A stretch of 64,000 bases of DNA from Acidobacteriota bacterium (GCA_019244185.1 JAFATB010000006.1:512001-576000); one strand, 5' to 3'. Counted from the first letter of the stretch, positions 1 to 11,929 are shown. Program-made: numbers and translations. Notes: generated from the letters alone by a model not told the origin.

Positions 1-1113
1 GTCGTCGACGCCGACGCCACCGGCATCGCCGGCATCGACAGCCCCGTGATGCAGGCCGCGATCGCGAGCAACGAACAGAGTTATCAGCCCGAGGCGATGC
101 GTCGTTTGCAGGAGTTGCTCGCCATCGTTCCCGACAACGCGACGCTGCATCTGCTCCTCGGCAATCTGCAGAGCTTCGACGGGATGGAAGAGCAGGCCGC
201 GCAGCATTACCGCCGCGCGATCGAGCTGCGGAAGAACTACGCCGGCGCGCACGTCAACCTCGGCAACCTGCACTTCCTCACCAACGAGTTCCCCGCCGCG
301 ATCACCGAATACGAACAGGCGCAGGCGGACGATCCGAAGCTCGCCATCGCGTACTACAACGCCTCCGTCGCGGACGGCGAGACGTACAAGTTCGACCAGC
401 AGGCGCGCATGCTCGAGAAGGCGCGCGGCGCCGATCCCGGCGTCATCGACCGCCTCACGCGCAATCCGCCGCCGCAGAAGATCGTCATGTATCACCCGCC
501 GCTCGACGAGGCGTGGGCGATCACGCGCGAGTTGTCGCAGCGCAAGGAACTGGCCTCGCTCTTCGGCAACTACGCGCAGTTCGCTCCGGCCGCGAGCGCG
601 CTCAATCCGGTGACGCTCGGCGCGCTCGCGTCGCTGCTGCTCGCGGTCGTGCTCTGGCTCGCGCACCGCCGCGGCGGCTACGCGAACGCGTGCATCAAAT
701 GCGGCCGCACGTTCTGCCACCGCTGCAAGTCGGCGCGCGAGAGCTCGACCTACTGCACGCAGTGCATCCACATCTATCTCAAGCGCGACGGCGTCTCGCT
801 CGACACGAAACGCAAGAAGCTCGAGGAAGTCACCGAGCACCACTCCGGCATGCAGACGCGCAACCGCGTCTTCGCGACGTTCCTCCCCGGCTCCGCGCAG
901 ATGCTCGAAGGACGCACGGCTTCCGGCGCCGCGGGCATGTTCGTCTTCGCCTTGCTCGTCGCGACGGCGATCTTCATCGGCCGGCTCGCGCCCGCCATCG
1001 GCCCGGTCGCCGACGTCGCGCATCTCATCGTGCGCATCGGCGCGGTCGCGCTCGCGGTCGTGCTCTGGCTGACGATGTCGCTCCCGGTGTACCGGCGGAG
1101 GGTCACCGGCTAG
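1..1113 (+). CDS. TPR-repeat membrane protein with Cys-rich Zn-finger-like segment (5' partial)
   Basis: Frame open from base 1; TPR-like helices (AHVNLGNLHF, AYYNASV); TM segment, then CIKC..CHRC..CTQC, then C-terminal TM helices; stop TAG 1111-1113. Confidence 0.8.
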   Translation, partial: VVDADATGIAGIDSPVMQAAIASNEQSYQPEAMRRLQELLAIVPDNATLHLLLGNLQSFDGMEEQAAQHYRRAIELRKNYAGAHVNLGNLHFLTNEFPAAITEYEQAQADDPKLAIAYYNASVADGETYKFDQQARMLEKARGADPGVIDRLTRNPPPQKIVMYHPPLDEAWAITRELSQRKELASLFGNYAQFAPAASALNPVTLGALASLLLAVVLWLAHRRGGYANACIKCGRTFCHRCKSARESSTYCTQCIHIYLKRDGVSLDTKRKKLEEVTEHHSGMQTRNRVFATFLPGSAQMLEGRTASGAAGMFVFALLVATAIFIGRLAPAIGPVADVAHLIVRIGAVALAVVLWLTMSLPVYRRRVTG

Positions 1114-2402
1114 TGGCACTCGAAGGCACGCTCCGCGACTTCAGTCTCGCCGATATCCTGCAGCTCATCGGGCTGCAGCGGAAAACGGGCGTGCTGACGC
1201 TGCGCGGCAAAGACGACACCGTCACCGTCACGTTCCTCGACGGTAAAGTCGTCGGCGCCGACTCGCTCAATCGCCGTCTCGAAAATCGCCTCGGCACGGT
1301 GCTCATGCGCACCGGCTTCCTCACGCAGGATCAGCTCAATCGCGCGCTCGAGATCCAGAAAGAGACGCTCCAGCGCCTCGGCTTCATCCTCACGCACTAC
1401 GGGATCATTTCGCAGGACTCGCTGCGCGAGGCGATCCAGCTGCAGATCATGCAGATCGTCTATCGCCTCTTCCGCTGGAAAGACGGCGACTACCAGTTCT
1501 CCCAGGAAACGACCATCGAGTACGACCGCGACAACGTCGTGCCGATCACCGCCGAATCGATCCTCATGGAAGGCGCGCGGATGATCGACGAGTGGCCGAT
1601 CATCGAGAAGCGCATCCGCTCGTACGACATGGTCTTCCGCAAGAAGCTGACGGACCAGGAGATCGTGGTCGTCGGCGCGGAGGAAGCGGACGAGATCGAC
1701 TTCGACGAGTCGAGCGTCATGCGGCGCCGCCGAGGAGTGTCGGACAAGATCCGCATCTCGCAGGAAGAGAAAGCGATCTACGACATGGTCGACGGCACGA
1801 TGACCGTCGGCGAGATCATCGAGGGCTCGCGCCTGCCGGAGTTCGACGCGAACAAGGCGCTGTACGAGCTGCTGACGCGCGACCTCATCGAAGAGATGCG
1901 CGGCCAGAGCGCCGCCGCGGTCGTGCAGCAGGCCACGCCGGTCGATGAAGACGAAGTCGCCGAAACGCCGGTGCCGCTGCCGCTCGTGCTGATCCTGGTG
2001 ATTCTCGCGCTCGCGTCGCTCGTGACGTCGTTCAAGAATCCGCTGAACGGGTTCGCGCCGCTCGGCGGCGGCCTCTCCGCGCCGGCGAGCACGCGCAAGG
2101 CGATCTCGCTGCAGCGCATCGAGGCCATCGGCACGGCCATCGACAAGTACAACGACGTGCACGGCGCGCCGCCGCGGACGCTCGCCGACCTCGTGCCGAA
2201 CTACCTCTCCGCGTCGTACCTGCACGACCCGTGGGGCAACGCGTACAAATACATCCCGCAGCCGGCGCGCTATCTCGTGATCGGCTTCACCGCCGACGGC
2301 AAGGCCGACACCGATCTCTTCCTCTCGCGCTCCATCGGCGCCGCGCCGGCTCCGTCGACGCCGGCGAAGCCGGAGACCGGCGGCATCGTGCTGATCGAAT
2401 AG
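1113..2402 (+). CDS. DUF4388 (PatA-N) protein with tandem MshEN-like motif, TM helix and GspG/T2SSG-like C-terminus
   Basis: GTG overlaps upstream stop; MALEGTLRDFSLADILQLI...RKTGVL is a typical DUF4388 start; RLGTVLMRTGFLTQDQLNRALEIQ-x5-RLGFILTHYGIISQDSLREAIQLQ; C-terminal DPWGNAYKY. Confidence 0.8.
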   Translation: MALEGTLRDFSLADILQLIGLQRKTGVLTLRGKDDTVTVTFLDGKVVGADSLNRRLENRLGTVLMRTGFLTQDQLNRALEIQKETLQRLGFILTHYGIISQDSLREAIQLQIMQIVYRLFRWKDGDYQFSQETTIEYDRDNVVPITAESILMEGARMIDEWPIIEKRIRSYDMVFRKKLTDQEIVVVGAEEADEIDFDESSVMRRRRGVSDKIRISQEEKAIYDMVDGTMTVGEIIEGSRLPEFDANKALYELLTRDLIEEMRGQSAAAVVQQATPVDEDEVAETPVPLPLVLILVILALASLVTSFKNPLNGFAPLGGGLSAPASTRKAISLQRIEAIGTAIDKYNDVHGAPPRTLADLVPNYLSASYLHDPWGNAYKYIPQPARYLVIGFTADGKADTDLFLSRSIGAAPAPSTPAKPETGGIVLIE

Positions 2403-2405
2403 CCG

Positions 2406-4217
2406 ATGTGCGGCATCAACGGCATCTTCGCGTATCGCGCCGACGCACCGCCGGTCGATCGCAACGAGCTCCTCGCCTCGCGCGAATGCATGCGCTCGCG
2501 CGGACCCGACGCCGCCGACGCGTGGTTCTCGCACGACGGCCGCGTCGGACTCGGACACCGCCGCCTGGCCATCATCGATCTCTCGCCCGGCGGCGCGCAG
2601 CCGATGCGCCGCGGCGAGCGCGTCGTCGTCTACAACGGCGAGATCTACAACTACCGCGCGCTGCGCGCGGAGCTCGAGCGCGAGGGCGTGCACTTCTCGT
2701 CGCATTCGGACACGGAAGTGCTCCTCGCGCTCTATGCGCGGCGCGGCGTGGCCATGCTCGAGCAGCTGCGCGGCATGTTCGCGCTCGCGCTGTGGGACGG
2801 CGAGACGAACCGACTGCTGCTCGCGCGCGACCCGTACGGCATCAAGCCGCTCTACTACGCCGACGACGGCGGCACGCTCCGCATCGCCTCGCAGGTGAAG
2901 GCGCTCGTCGCCGGCGGACGCGTCTCGAAGCAGTTCGATCCCGCCGCCGCCGCGGGCTTCTTCCTGCGCGGCACCGTGCCGGAGCCGTTCACGATGTATC
3001 GCGCGATTCGCGCGCTGCCCGCCGGCTCGTACGCGTGGGTCGACGCGAACGGCATCGGCAATCCGGTGCCGTACTTCTCCATCGCAGCCACGCTGCGCGA
3101 CGGCGTCGCGCACGCGCGTGAGGTGAGCGACGACGAGCGCGCCGCGATCGTGCACGACGCGCTGCTCGAATCGGTGCGCTACCACATGGTCGCCGACGTG
3201 CCGGTCGGCGCGTTCCTCTCCGCCGGCATCGATTCCACGGCCATCGTCGCGCTCGCGCGCGAGAGCGGCGCGGACGATCTGCAGACGATGACGCTGCGCT
3301 TCGCCGAATACCGCGGCCGCGACAACGACGAGGCGCCGCTCGCGCAACTCGTCGCGCAGCAGTACGGCGTGCCGCACACCATCCGCGACCTCACGCGCGA
3401 CGACTTTCGCGCCGAGCTGCCGAAGATCTTCGCCGCGATGGACCAGCCCACCGTCGATGGCCTCAACAGCTACTTCATCAGCAAGGCCGCCGCGGAACTG
3501 GGGCTGAAGGTCGCGATGTCGGGCACCGGCGGCGACGAGCTGTTCGGCGGCTACACGTCCTTCCGCGACATCCCGCGCTGGATGCCGGTGACGCAGGTGC
3601 TCGCGCGCGTCCCCGGCCTCGGCGAAGGCGTGTACCGCGTCAACCGCGCGCTCGCGAAACGCAGCCGCCACATCAGCCCGAAGATGGGCGAGATCGTCCG
3701 CTACGGCGGCAGCTGGGCCGGCGCGTATCTCGTCAAGCGCGGACGCTTTCTCTCCTCCGAGCTCCCCGACGTCCTCGGCGACGACGTCGCTCGCGAAGGC
3801 CTCGCGCGCCTCGACCTCCTCGGCCTCCTCGAACGCGCCGTCACGCCCGATCCCGGCAACGCGTACGCGCGCATCGCCGCGCTGGAGTCGTCGCTCTATC
3901 TGCGCAATCAGCTGCTGCGCGACATGGACTGGGCGAGCATGGCCCATTCGCTGGAGGTGCGCGTACCGCTCGTCGACGCGCACCTGCTGCGCAAGCTCGC
4001 ACCGGTGCTCGTCACGCGCCGCGAGCGCGGCAAAGGCATCCTCGCGAATGCGCCGCGGCCGCCGCTGCCGCCGGAGATCCGGAAGCGCCGCAAGACGGGC
4101 TTCACGCTCCCCATCAAAGAATGGCTCCGGCAGGAAGGGCGGGTGGAGTTCGGGAAGCGCAGCTGGGCGCGCAGAGTCTACGAGGTGATGTTCGCGCCCG
4201 AGAACGGCTCCTACTGA
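2406..4217 (+). CDS. asnB: asparagine synthase (glutamine-hydrolysing) family amidotransferase
   Basis: N-terminal MCGI, RGPD, HRRLAIID, NGEIYN, LSAGIDS, SGTGGDELFGGY, SLEVRVP motifs. Confidence 0.92.
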   Translation: MCGINGIFAYRADAPPVDRNELLASRECMRSRGPDAADAWFSHDGRVGLGHRRLAIIDLSPGGAQPMRRGERVVVYNGEIYNYRALRAELEREGVHFSSHSDTEVLLALYARRGVAMLEQLRGMFALALWDGETNRLLLARDPYGIKPLYYADDGGTLRIASQVKALVAGGRVSKQFDPAAAAGFFLRGTVPEPFTMYRAIRALPAGSYAWVDANGIGNPVPYFSIAATLRDGVAHAREVSDDERAAIVHDALLESVRYHMVADVPVGAFLSAGIDSTAIVALARESGADDLQTMTLRFAEYRGRDNDEAPLAQLVAQQYGVPHTIRDLTRDDFRAELPKIFAAMDQPTVDGLNSYFISKAAAELGLKVAMSGTGGDELFGGYTSFRDIPRWMPVTQVLARVPGLGEGVYRVNRALAKRSRHISPKMGEIVRYGGSWAGAYLVKRGRFLSSELPDVLGDDVAREGLARLDLLGLLERAVTPDPGNAYARIAALESSLYLRNQLLRDMDWASMAHSLEVRVPLVDAHLLRKLAPVLVTRRERGKGILANAPRPPLPPEIRKRRKTGFTLPIKEWLRQEGRVEFGKRSWARRVYEVMFAPENGSY

Positions 4218-4236
4218 TCACTGCTCGGTGCGTTCA

Positions 4237-4707
4237 TCACTGAACGACAATGGTCTTCGTCATCCCCTTCTCGCGGTGATGATCGACCGGACAGTAGATC
4301 GTGTACGTGCCCGGCTTGAGCGTCACGGTGACGGTGCCGTTGTTGCCGCGCGACAGGATCTCCGACTTTTGCGCGACGCCGTTGCCTTCGATGGCGAAGG
4401 CGTGGTTCTCCTTGCCGGCGTTGTCGACGCGGAAGTTCACCGTGCCCGCGTGCAGCGTGTCCGGCATGTTGATCTGATACTCGAGCAGATCGACGCGCTG
4501 GATCGGTGAGACGACGGTCGGCCGGCTCGCCGGCTCGTCGCGCTGCGGGTTGAGCGACGGATCGAGCCGCGCAGTCGCGCGCGGACCGTTGCCGTCGGAG
4601 ACCGTCGAGTTCTTCGGCGGCGACGTCTTCGCCTCGTCGCGGCCGTTGCCGCCGCATGCGACGCCGCAGAGAAGCGCGAGCAGCGCGGGCAGGATCGCCT
4701 TGCGCAT
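4237..4707 (-). CDS. cupredoxin-domain lipoprotein
   Basis: Lipobox GVAC; HAF and YTIYCPVDHHREKGM (Cys/His/Met copper ligands). Confidence 0.82.
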   Translation of the reverse strand: MRKAILPALLALLCGVACGGNGRDEAKTSPPKNSTVSDGNGPRATARLDPSLNPQRDEPASRPTVVSPIQRVDLLEYQINMPDTLHAGTVNFRVDNAGKENHAFAIEGNGVAQKSEILSRGNNGTVTVTLKPGTYTIYCPVDHHREKGMTKTIVVQ

Positions 4708-4709
4708 CG

Positions 4710-5039
4710 CTACTGCTTCCGCGTCGTGGTCACGACGGTGGCCGTCGTCTCGGTCGGCGTCGTGACGGACTGCGTGGTCGTCGTCGGCGTCACGATCGTC
4801 GAGCTCGTGTCGGTCGGCGTGACGACGGCCGTGCCGTTCGCCGCGAGCGGGGCGGTGGCCGAAGTACCGGTCGCCGGCGCGGTCGCCACCGTGTCCGTCT
4901 CCGCGGTGCTGGTTCCCGCCGAATCGCTCGCCGCGGCCGTCGAGGCGTTCGTGTCAGACGTGTCCGTCGACGATTCATGTCCCTTGCACGCAACGAAGAG
5001 AACGAGCAACGCCACGAGCGGCAACACCAGCTTACGCAT
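4710..5039 (-). CDS. small Thr/Ser/Ala-rich lipoprotein
   Basis: MRKLVLPLVALLVLFVAC lipoprotein signal; SD GAGGAG upstream; low-complexity Thr-rich body; stop 2 bp before the next gene. Confidence 0.72.
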   Translation of the reverse strand: MRKLVLPLVALLVLFVACKGHESSTDTSDTNASTAAASDSAGTSTAETDTVATAPATGTSATAPLAANGTAVVTPTDTSSTIVTPTTTTQSVTTPTETTATVVTTTRKQ

Positions 5040-5078
5040 TCCGGAAACTCCTCTCGAACATCGTTGTCCGCATGGCAG

Positions 5079-5093
5079 GCAAAACTTGTTCCC
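5079..5093 (-). promoter_or_regulatory. candidate sigma54 -24/-12 promoter for the lipoprotein pair
   Basis: Minus strand GGGAACAAGTTTTGC versus consensus TGGCACGNNNNTTGC, with GG and GC correctly spaced. Confidence 0.4.
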
Positions 5094-5112
5094 TTGCGTT
5101 AGGCTGCGCCGA

Positions 5113-6705
5113 ATGCAACGGCAATGGACGTACTTCGCCGCGGTCGCGGCGCTCACGCTCCTGGCCTGCATCCGCGTCGCCTCGACGTGGCGCGTCTTCA
5201 GCGAGACGCTCGACGAGCCGGTGCATCTCGCCGCCGGCTACCAGTGGTTCGTGGGCCCGTATACCGTCGATCCGAGCCATCCGCCGCTCGCCCGCGCGCT
5301 CTGCGCGCTGCCGCTGTGGCTCGCCGGCTACCCGAATCCGAAGGCGACCGACGACACCGACAAAGGCAACGAGCTCCTCTACCACGGCGACCGCTACGAG
5401 AAGACGCTCGCCCGCGCGCGCGCCGGCAATCTCCCGCTGCTGATCCTCGCCTGCGCCGCCGTCGCGCTGTGGGCGCGGCGCGCGTTCTCGCAACGCGTCG
5501 CGATTCTCGCCGTCGCGCTCTTCACGAACCTGCCGCCGATCCTCGGACACGCCGGCCTCGTCACGACCGATCTCGCCGTGGCCGCCACGCTGCCGTTCGC
5601 GCTCTACGCGCTCGATCGTTTTCTCGAACTTGCCACGCCGCGCCGCGCCGCGCTTCTCGGACTCGCCATCGGCCTCGGCGTGCTCTCGAAGATGTCGTTC
5701 ATCGTCTACTTTCCCGCGACGGCGGTCGTGCTCGTGATCGCGCGCTGGCGCCCGCGCGTCGCGTGGAAGCCCGTGCTGATCGCACTCGCCGTCGCGTTCT
5801 TCGTCACGTGGGGCGGCTACCGCTTCTCGTTCGGGCGTCCGGTCACGTACGGCGGCGACTTCGCGACGTACGTCTTCGATCAGATGGCGCCCGTCGACGC
5901 GCTGCGCGTTCCGCTGCGCTGGATCGCCAACGAGGTGCCGATGCCCGCGCCCGCGCTTCCGATCGGCCTCGGCATCGTGGCCGTGCACGATCGCGGCGGC
6001 CACGGCACGTACCTTCTCGGCCGCTACAGCGACAAAGGCTGGTGGTATTACTTCCCCGTCGTCTTCTTCTACAAGACGCCGATCCCGTTTCTGCTGCTGC
6101 TCGCGTGGGGGATCGCGCTCCTCGTCCGCGAGCGCGATCGCGTGCGGCTCGCGTACGTCGGCGCCGCACTCGCGATCCTGCTCGTGGCGATGCACGGCAA
6201 GATCAACATCGGCATCCGGCATCTGCTCCCGATTTACGCGCCGCTCGCCATCGTCGCCGCGCACGCGGTCGCGGAGATCTGGCGGCGTGCGACGGATGCG
6301 TTCGGCCGCACCGCGCTCGTTGCGTTGCTGGCGTGGCTCTTCATCGGCGTCGCGATCGAACATCCCGACTACCTGGCGTGGTTCAACGAGGCCGCGCGCC
6401 CCGATCCGTCGCGCATCACCGTCGACAGCAATCTCGATTGGGGACAGGACGTACTGCGCCTCGCGCGCGTCTACCGCGAGATGCACCTCGAGGGACTGCA
6501 CACCGACATCTTCACGAACGCGAAGCTCGAACGCCACGGCGTGCCGCAGATCGACGTGCACGCCGGCACGAAAGTCACCGGCTGGCTCGCCGTCAGCGAC
6601 ACGGCCATGATCTTCAAGCAGCGCTGGGGCGAGTACGCGTGGCTGCGGATGTACCGGCCGGTGAGGCGGATCGGCAAATCGATCCGCCTCTACTACATCG
6701 AATAG
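5113..6705 (+). CDS. GT-C fold (ArnT/PMT-like, GT39/GT83) membrane glycosyltransferase
   Basis: TLDEPVHLAAG, HPPL, LVTTD, LSKMS, GWWYYFP, GIRHLLP, DSNLDWGQD motifs; multiple TM helices. Confidence 0.85.
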   Translation: MQRQWTYFAAVAALTLLACIRVASTWRVFSETLDEPVHLAAGYQWFVGPYTVDPSHPPLARALCALPLWLAGYPNPKATDDTDKGNELLYHGDRYEKTLARARAGNLPLLILACAAVALWARRAFSQRVAILAVALFTNLPPILGHAGLVTTDLAVAATLPFALYALDRFLELATPRRAALLGLAIGLGVLSKMSFIVYFPATAVVLVIARWRPRVAWKPVLIALAVAFFVTWGGYRFSFGRPVTYGGDFATYVFDQMAPVDALRVPLRWIANEVPMPAPALPIGLGIVAVHDRGGHGTYLLGRYSDKGWWYYFPVVFFYKTPIPFLLLLAWGIALLVRERDRVRLAYVGAALAILLVAMHGKINIGIRHLLPIYAPLAIVAAHAVAEIWRRATDAFGRTALVALLAWLFIGVAIEHPDYLAWFNEAARPDPSRITVDSNLDWGQDVLRLARVYREMHLEGLHTDIFTNAKLERHGVPQIDVHAGTKVTGWLAVSDTAMIFKQRWGEYAWLRMYRPVRRIGKSIRLYYIE

Positions 6706-6710
6706 CCGTC

Positions 6711-9326
<2,616 letters not shown>

Positions 9327-9339
9327 GGTGTTACCTCAC

Positions 9340-9360
9340 ATTGAGTCTAGTTGACTCAAG
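9340..9360 (-). promoter_or_regulatory. HAIR (HspR-associated inverted repeat) operator upstream of clpB
   Basis: Minus strand CTTGAGT-CAACTAG-ACTCAAT; 13/14 match to CTTGAGT-N7-ACTCAAG, directly upstream of the clpB SD. Confidence 0.85.
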
Positions 9361-9646
9361 TCACATAACCAGCTGTATTTCATCAGCATTCCGGGAGGCG
9401 TGCACAGAGCGTACGCAGGCGTAGCGTGGCGGGTGATCGTAATCGCCGGCTGCACCGACGGACCGGCAGTTCGCACGAATGTGTCGAGGTGCGTGGCGGG
9501 TGTTCGACAACGACGAGTTCGCCGGCCCGAACTCACTCGCTGCCCGGCGCGCCGAGAGTTCGTGCCGCCGGCTCTCCTTTGGATCACGCAGCTGGCGTAC
9601 GCGGGAGTTTTGCCACAGCACCTTGCCGTGAAGAAGGCGAGCATGT

Positions 9647-9730
9647 GCGCGCGTCGCATCACGCGAGCGCTGTAGAACGCCTACAGTGCCTCGCCGCCGA
9701 ATCGATCGGCTTTTTTGATGCGACGCGCGC
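9647..9730. other. structured intergenic element (three-way junction), candidate ncRNA, REP-like element or terminator
   Basis: Perfect 15-bp stem 9647-9661 with 9716-9730 enclosing two hairpins (GCGAG-CGCTGTAG/CTACAGTG-C-CTCGC and GCCGA/TCGGC followed by a T run). Confidence 0.5.
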
Positions 9731-9759
9731 TGCCGTCGTCGATCTGAGAAGCGTGAGGA

Positions 9760-10125
9760 CTACGCGTTGCCCTGGAACCAGAGAACGATGTCCGAGAGCT
9801 CGGTGAAACGAAAGTCGCTCGAATTCGTGAAGAACTGAAACAGGTTCTCGCCGGCCTTGACGATGTTCGCAGACACGACTTCCTGGATGCAGCGCATCGG
9901 CTGGTCGGTGCCGCCGCTGGTGTTCCACGTCCACACGTCCGTACCGTTGATGCTGACCCGGAGCGTCATGTCATCGGCGCTCGCCACCTTGAACATGAAG
10001 CTGAGGACACAGCGGGAGGCCGCGTGAAAGTTACTCGGAACGTTGAACCTGATGGTGTTCGTGCTGCCGTCGTCCACATGCCAGGCGTCGGCGATAATCA
10101 CGTAATCGGCCACTCTAGCCATCAT
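9760..10125 (-). CDS. hypothetical small beta-rich protein
   Basis: SD AGGAG before ATG ATG; about 121 aa with alternating beta-strand pattern; no recognised motif. Confidence 0.65.
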   Translation of the reverse strand: MMARVADYVIIADAWHVDDGSTNTIRFNVPSNFHAASRCVLSFMFKVASADDMTLRVSINGTDVWTWNTSGGTDQPMRCIQEVVSANIVKAGENLFQFFTNSSDFRFTELSDIVLWFQGNA

Positions 10126-10351
10126 CAATCTCCTGATGCGCCGCGGGCGCAGTTCTTTTAAGTCGAAGTCGTCCTCGTCATCGAGTTTCGGCCTTCGTAC
10201 CCATAGTGCGCCGAGGCCGCCGAGCGTTTCATGCAGGTGCATATTTTCCTGAGCCGCGTCGAGAACTGGCTCCCGAAGCGACCGCACGTGCTGCTCGGCT
10301 CGGCCCTTAGCGCAGCCGGCCGCGCCGGCCCGGGCCAGCTATAGTCGCGGC

Positions 10352-11005
10352 GTGCTGCGCAAGCTCTCACCCGCGGGCGAGTTGCTCCTCGTCAACCTGC
10401 TCTGCTTCGGTCCGTTCGCGGTGATGAGCGCGCGCGATCTGATGCAGAGCCTCGCCACGCATTCGACGACGCTGCTGTACGACGACCGCAGGCTCTACAC
10501 CTTCGTCGCGATCGAGGTCGTCTGCGGCACGCTCTCGATTCTGTTGTTGCGCGCGCGCGGCTGGCGGCGCAGCGACTTCGGATTGCGCGCGAACTTCCCG
10601 CTCACGATCGCGGGACTGGTGCTCTTCCTCGTGGCGAACGTCTCCATCGCCGGCTTGTATCTCCTCTTCAAGACCGCGACCGGGCTCGATCTCGTCGCGC
10701 GCATGCAGCCGGTCACGCGCACCACGTGGCCCGCGCTCGTGCTGCTGCTCGCGATCGATCCGTTGTACGAGGAGACGTTCGAAGTCGCGTACAACATCCG
10801 CGCGACGGAGAAGCTCGGCCCCGCGTTCGGCATCACGCTGAGCGCGGCGATCCGGCTCATCTGTCATCTGTATCAGGGACCGATCGCACCGCTGACGATC
10901 CTGCCGCTCGGGCTCATCTTCGGCTTCGTGTACTGGAAGTGGCGGCGCGTGTGGCCGCTCGCGGTCGCGCATGGCTGGGCGATGTATTTCGGTTTGCACA
11001 GTTAG
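10352..11005 (+). CDS. CPBP family intramembrane glutamic endopeptidase (CAAX/Abi)
   Basis: PLYEETF, HLYQG and AVAHG motifs in a multi-TM protein. Confidence 0.85.
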   Translation: MLRKLSPAGELLLVNLLCFGPFAVMSARDLMQSLATHSTTLLYDDRRLYTFVAIEVVCGTLSILLLRARGWRRSDFGLRANFPLTIAGLVLFLVANVSIAGLYLLFKTATGLDLVARMQPVTRTTWPALVLLLAIDPLYEETFEVAYNIRATEKLGPAFGITLSAAIRLICHLYQGPIAPLTILPLGLIFGFVYWKWRRVWPLAVAHGWAMYFGLHS

Positions 11006-11017
11006 AATGAGGCTCCC

Positions 11018-11929
11018 ATGACCGCCACCGCACCACTGCACGAAGTCCAGCCCCAGTCCGCATTGTTCGAAAGCATCCTCGAGCTGATTCGTCGCACGTC
11101 GACGCAGTTGCCGGACGACGTCGTGCGCGCCGTGACCGACGCGCGCAACGACGAAGAGAAAGGCTCGAATGCCGACGTCGCGCTCGATGTCATCGGCTGC
11201 AACATCGTCCTCGCGCGCGACAGCTCGCTCCCGCTCTGCCAGGACACCGGCACGATCCTCTTCTACGTGCACACGCCCGCCGCCTACGACCAGCTCACCT
11301 TCGAGGAAGTCGCCACCGACGCCGTGCGCGCCGCGACGAAGAAAGGCTATCTCCGCCAGAACAGCGTCGACAGCGTCACCGGCAAGAACACCGGCGACAA
11401 CACCGGTCCCGGCTCGCCGGTCTTTCACTTTCATCAATGGCGTGAGACCTATGTCGAAGTGAAGCTGATGCTCAAAGGCGGCGGCTGCGAGAACATGAAC
11501 GCGCAGTACTCGCTGCCGCACCCCGACCTCGGCGGACGCGATCTCAAAGGCGTCGAGAACGCGATCCTCGACTCCGTGCTGCAAGCGCAGGGACAAGGCT
11601 GCGGCCCCGGCATCCTCGGCGTCTGCATCGGCGGCGACCGCGCCACCGGCTACTCGTTCGCGAAAGAACAACTCCTGCGCACGATGGACGAGGCGAGCGA
11701 CGATCCCGAGCTCGCCGCACTCGAAGAGCGCGTCGTCGAGAAGGCGAATCAATCCGGCATCGGACCGATGGGCTTCGGCGGCAAGACAACGCTGCTCGCC
11801 TGCAAGATCGGCAAGCTCAATCGCCTGCCGGCATCGTTTTTCGTTTCGATCGCGTACATGTGCTGGGCGTTCCGCCGGCGCGGCGCGAACCTCGACATGC
11901 AGGGCAACGTCACGGAGTGGCTCTACTGA
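11018..11929 (+). CDS. class I fumarate hydratase, alpha (N-terminal Fe-S) subunit
   Basis: PLCQDTG, LRQNSV, KGGGCEN, GQGCGPG, GIGPMGFGGKTT. Confidence 0.9.
   Translation: MTATAPLHEVQPQSALFESILELIRRTSTQLPDDVVRAVTDARNDEEKGSNADVALDVIGCNIVLARDSSLPLCQDTGTILFYVHTPAAYDQLTFEEVATDAVRAATKKGYLRQNSVDSVTGKNTGDNTGPGSPVFHFHQWRETYVEVKLMLKGGGCENMNAQYSLPHPDLGGRDLKGVENAILDSVLQAQGQGCGPGILGVCIGGDRATGYSFAKEQLLRTMDEASDDPELAALEERVVEKANQSGIGPMGFGGKTTLLACKIGKLNRLPASFFVSIAYMCWAFRRRGANLDMQGNVTEWLY

Noticed and set aside
10126-10230. Hammerhead-like fragments (CTGATG, CGAAAC, GATGA)
   Set aside because: Core elements are not in the required order or strand and the stems are missing
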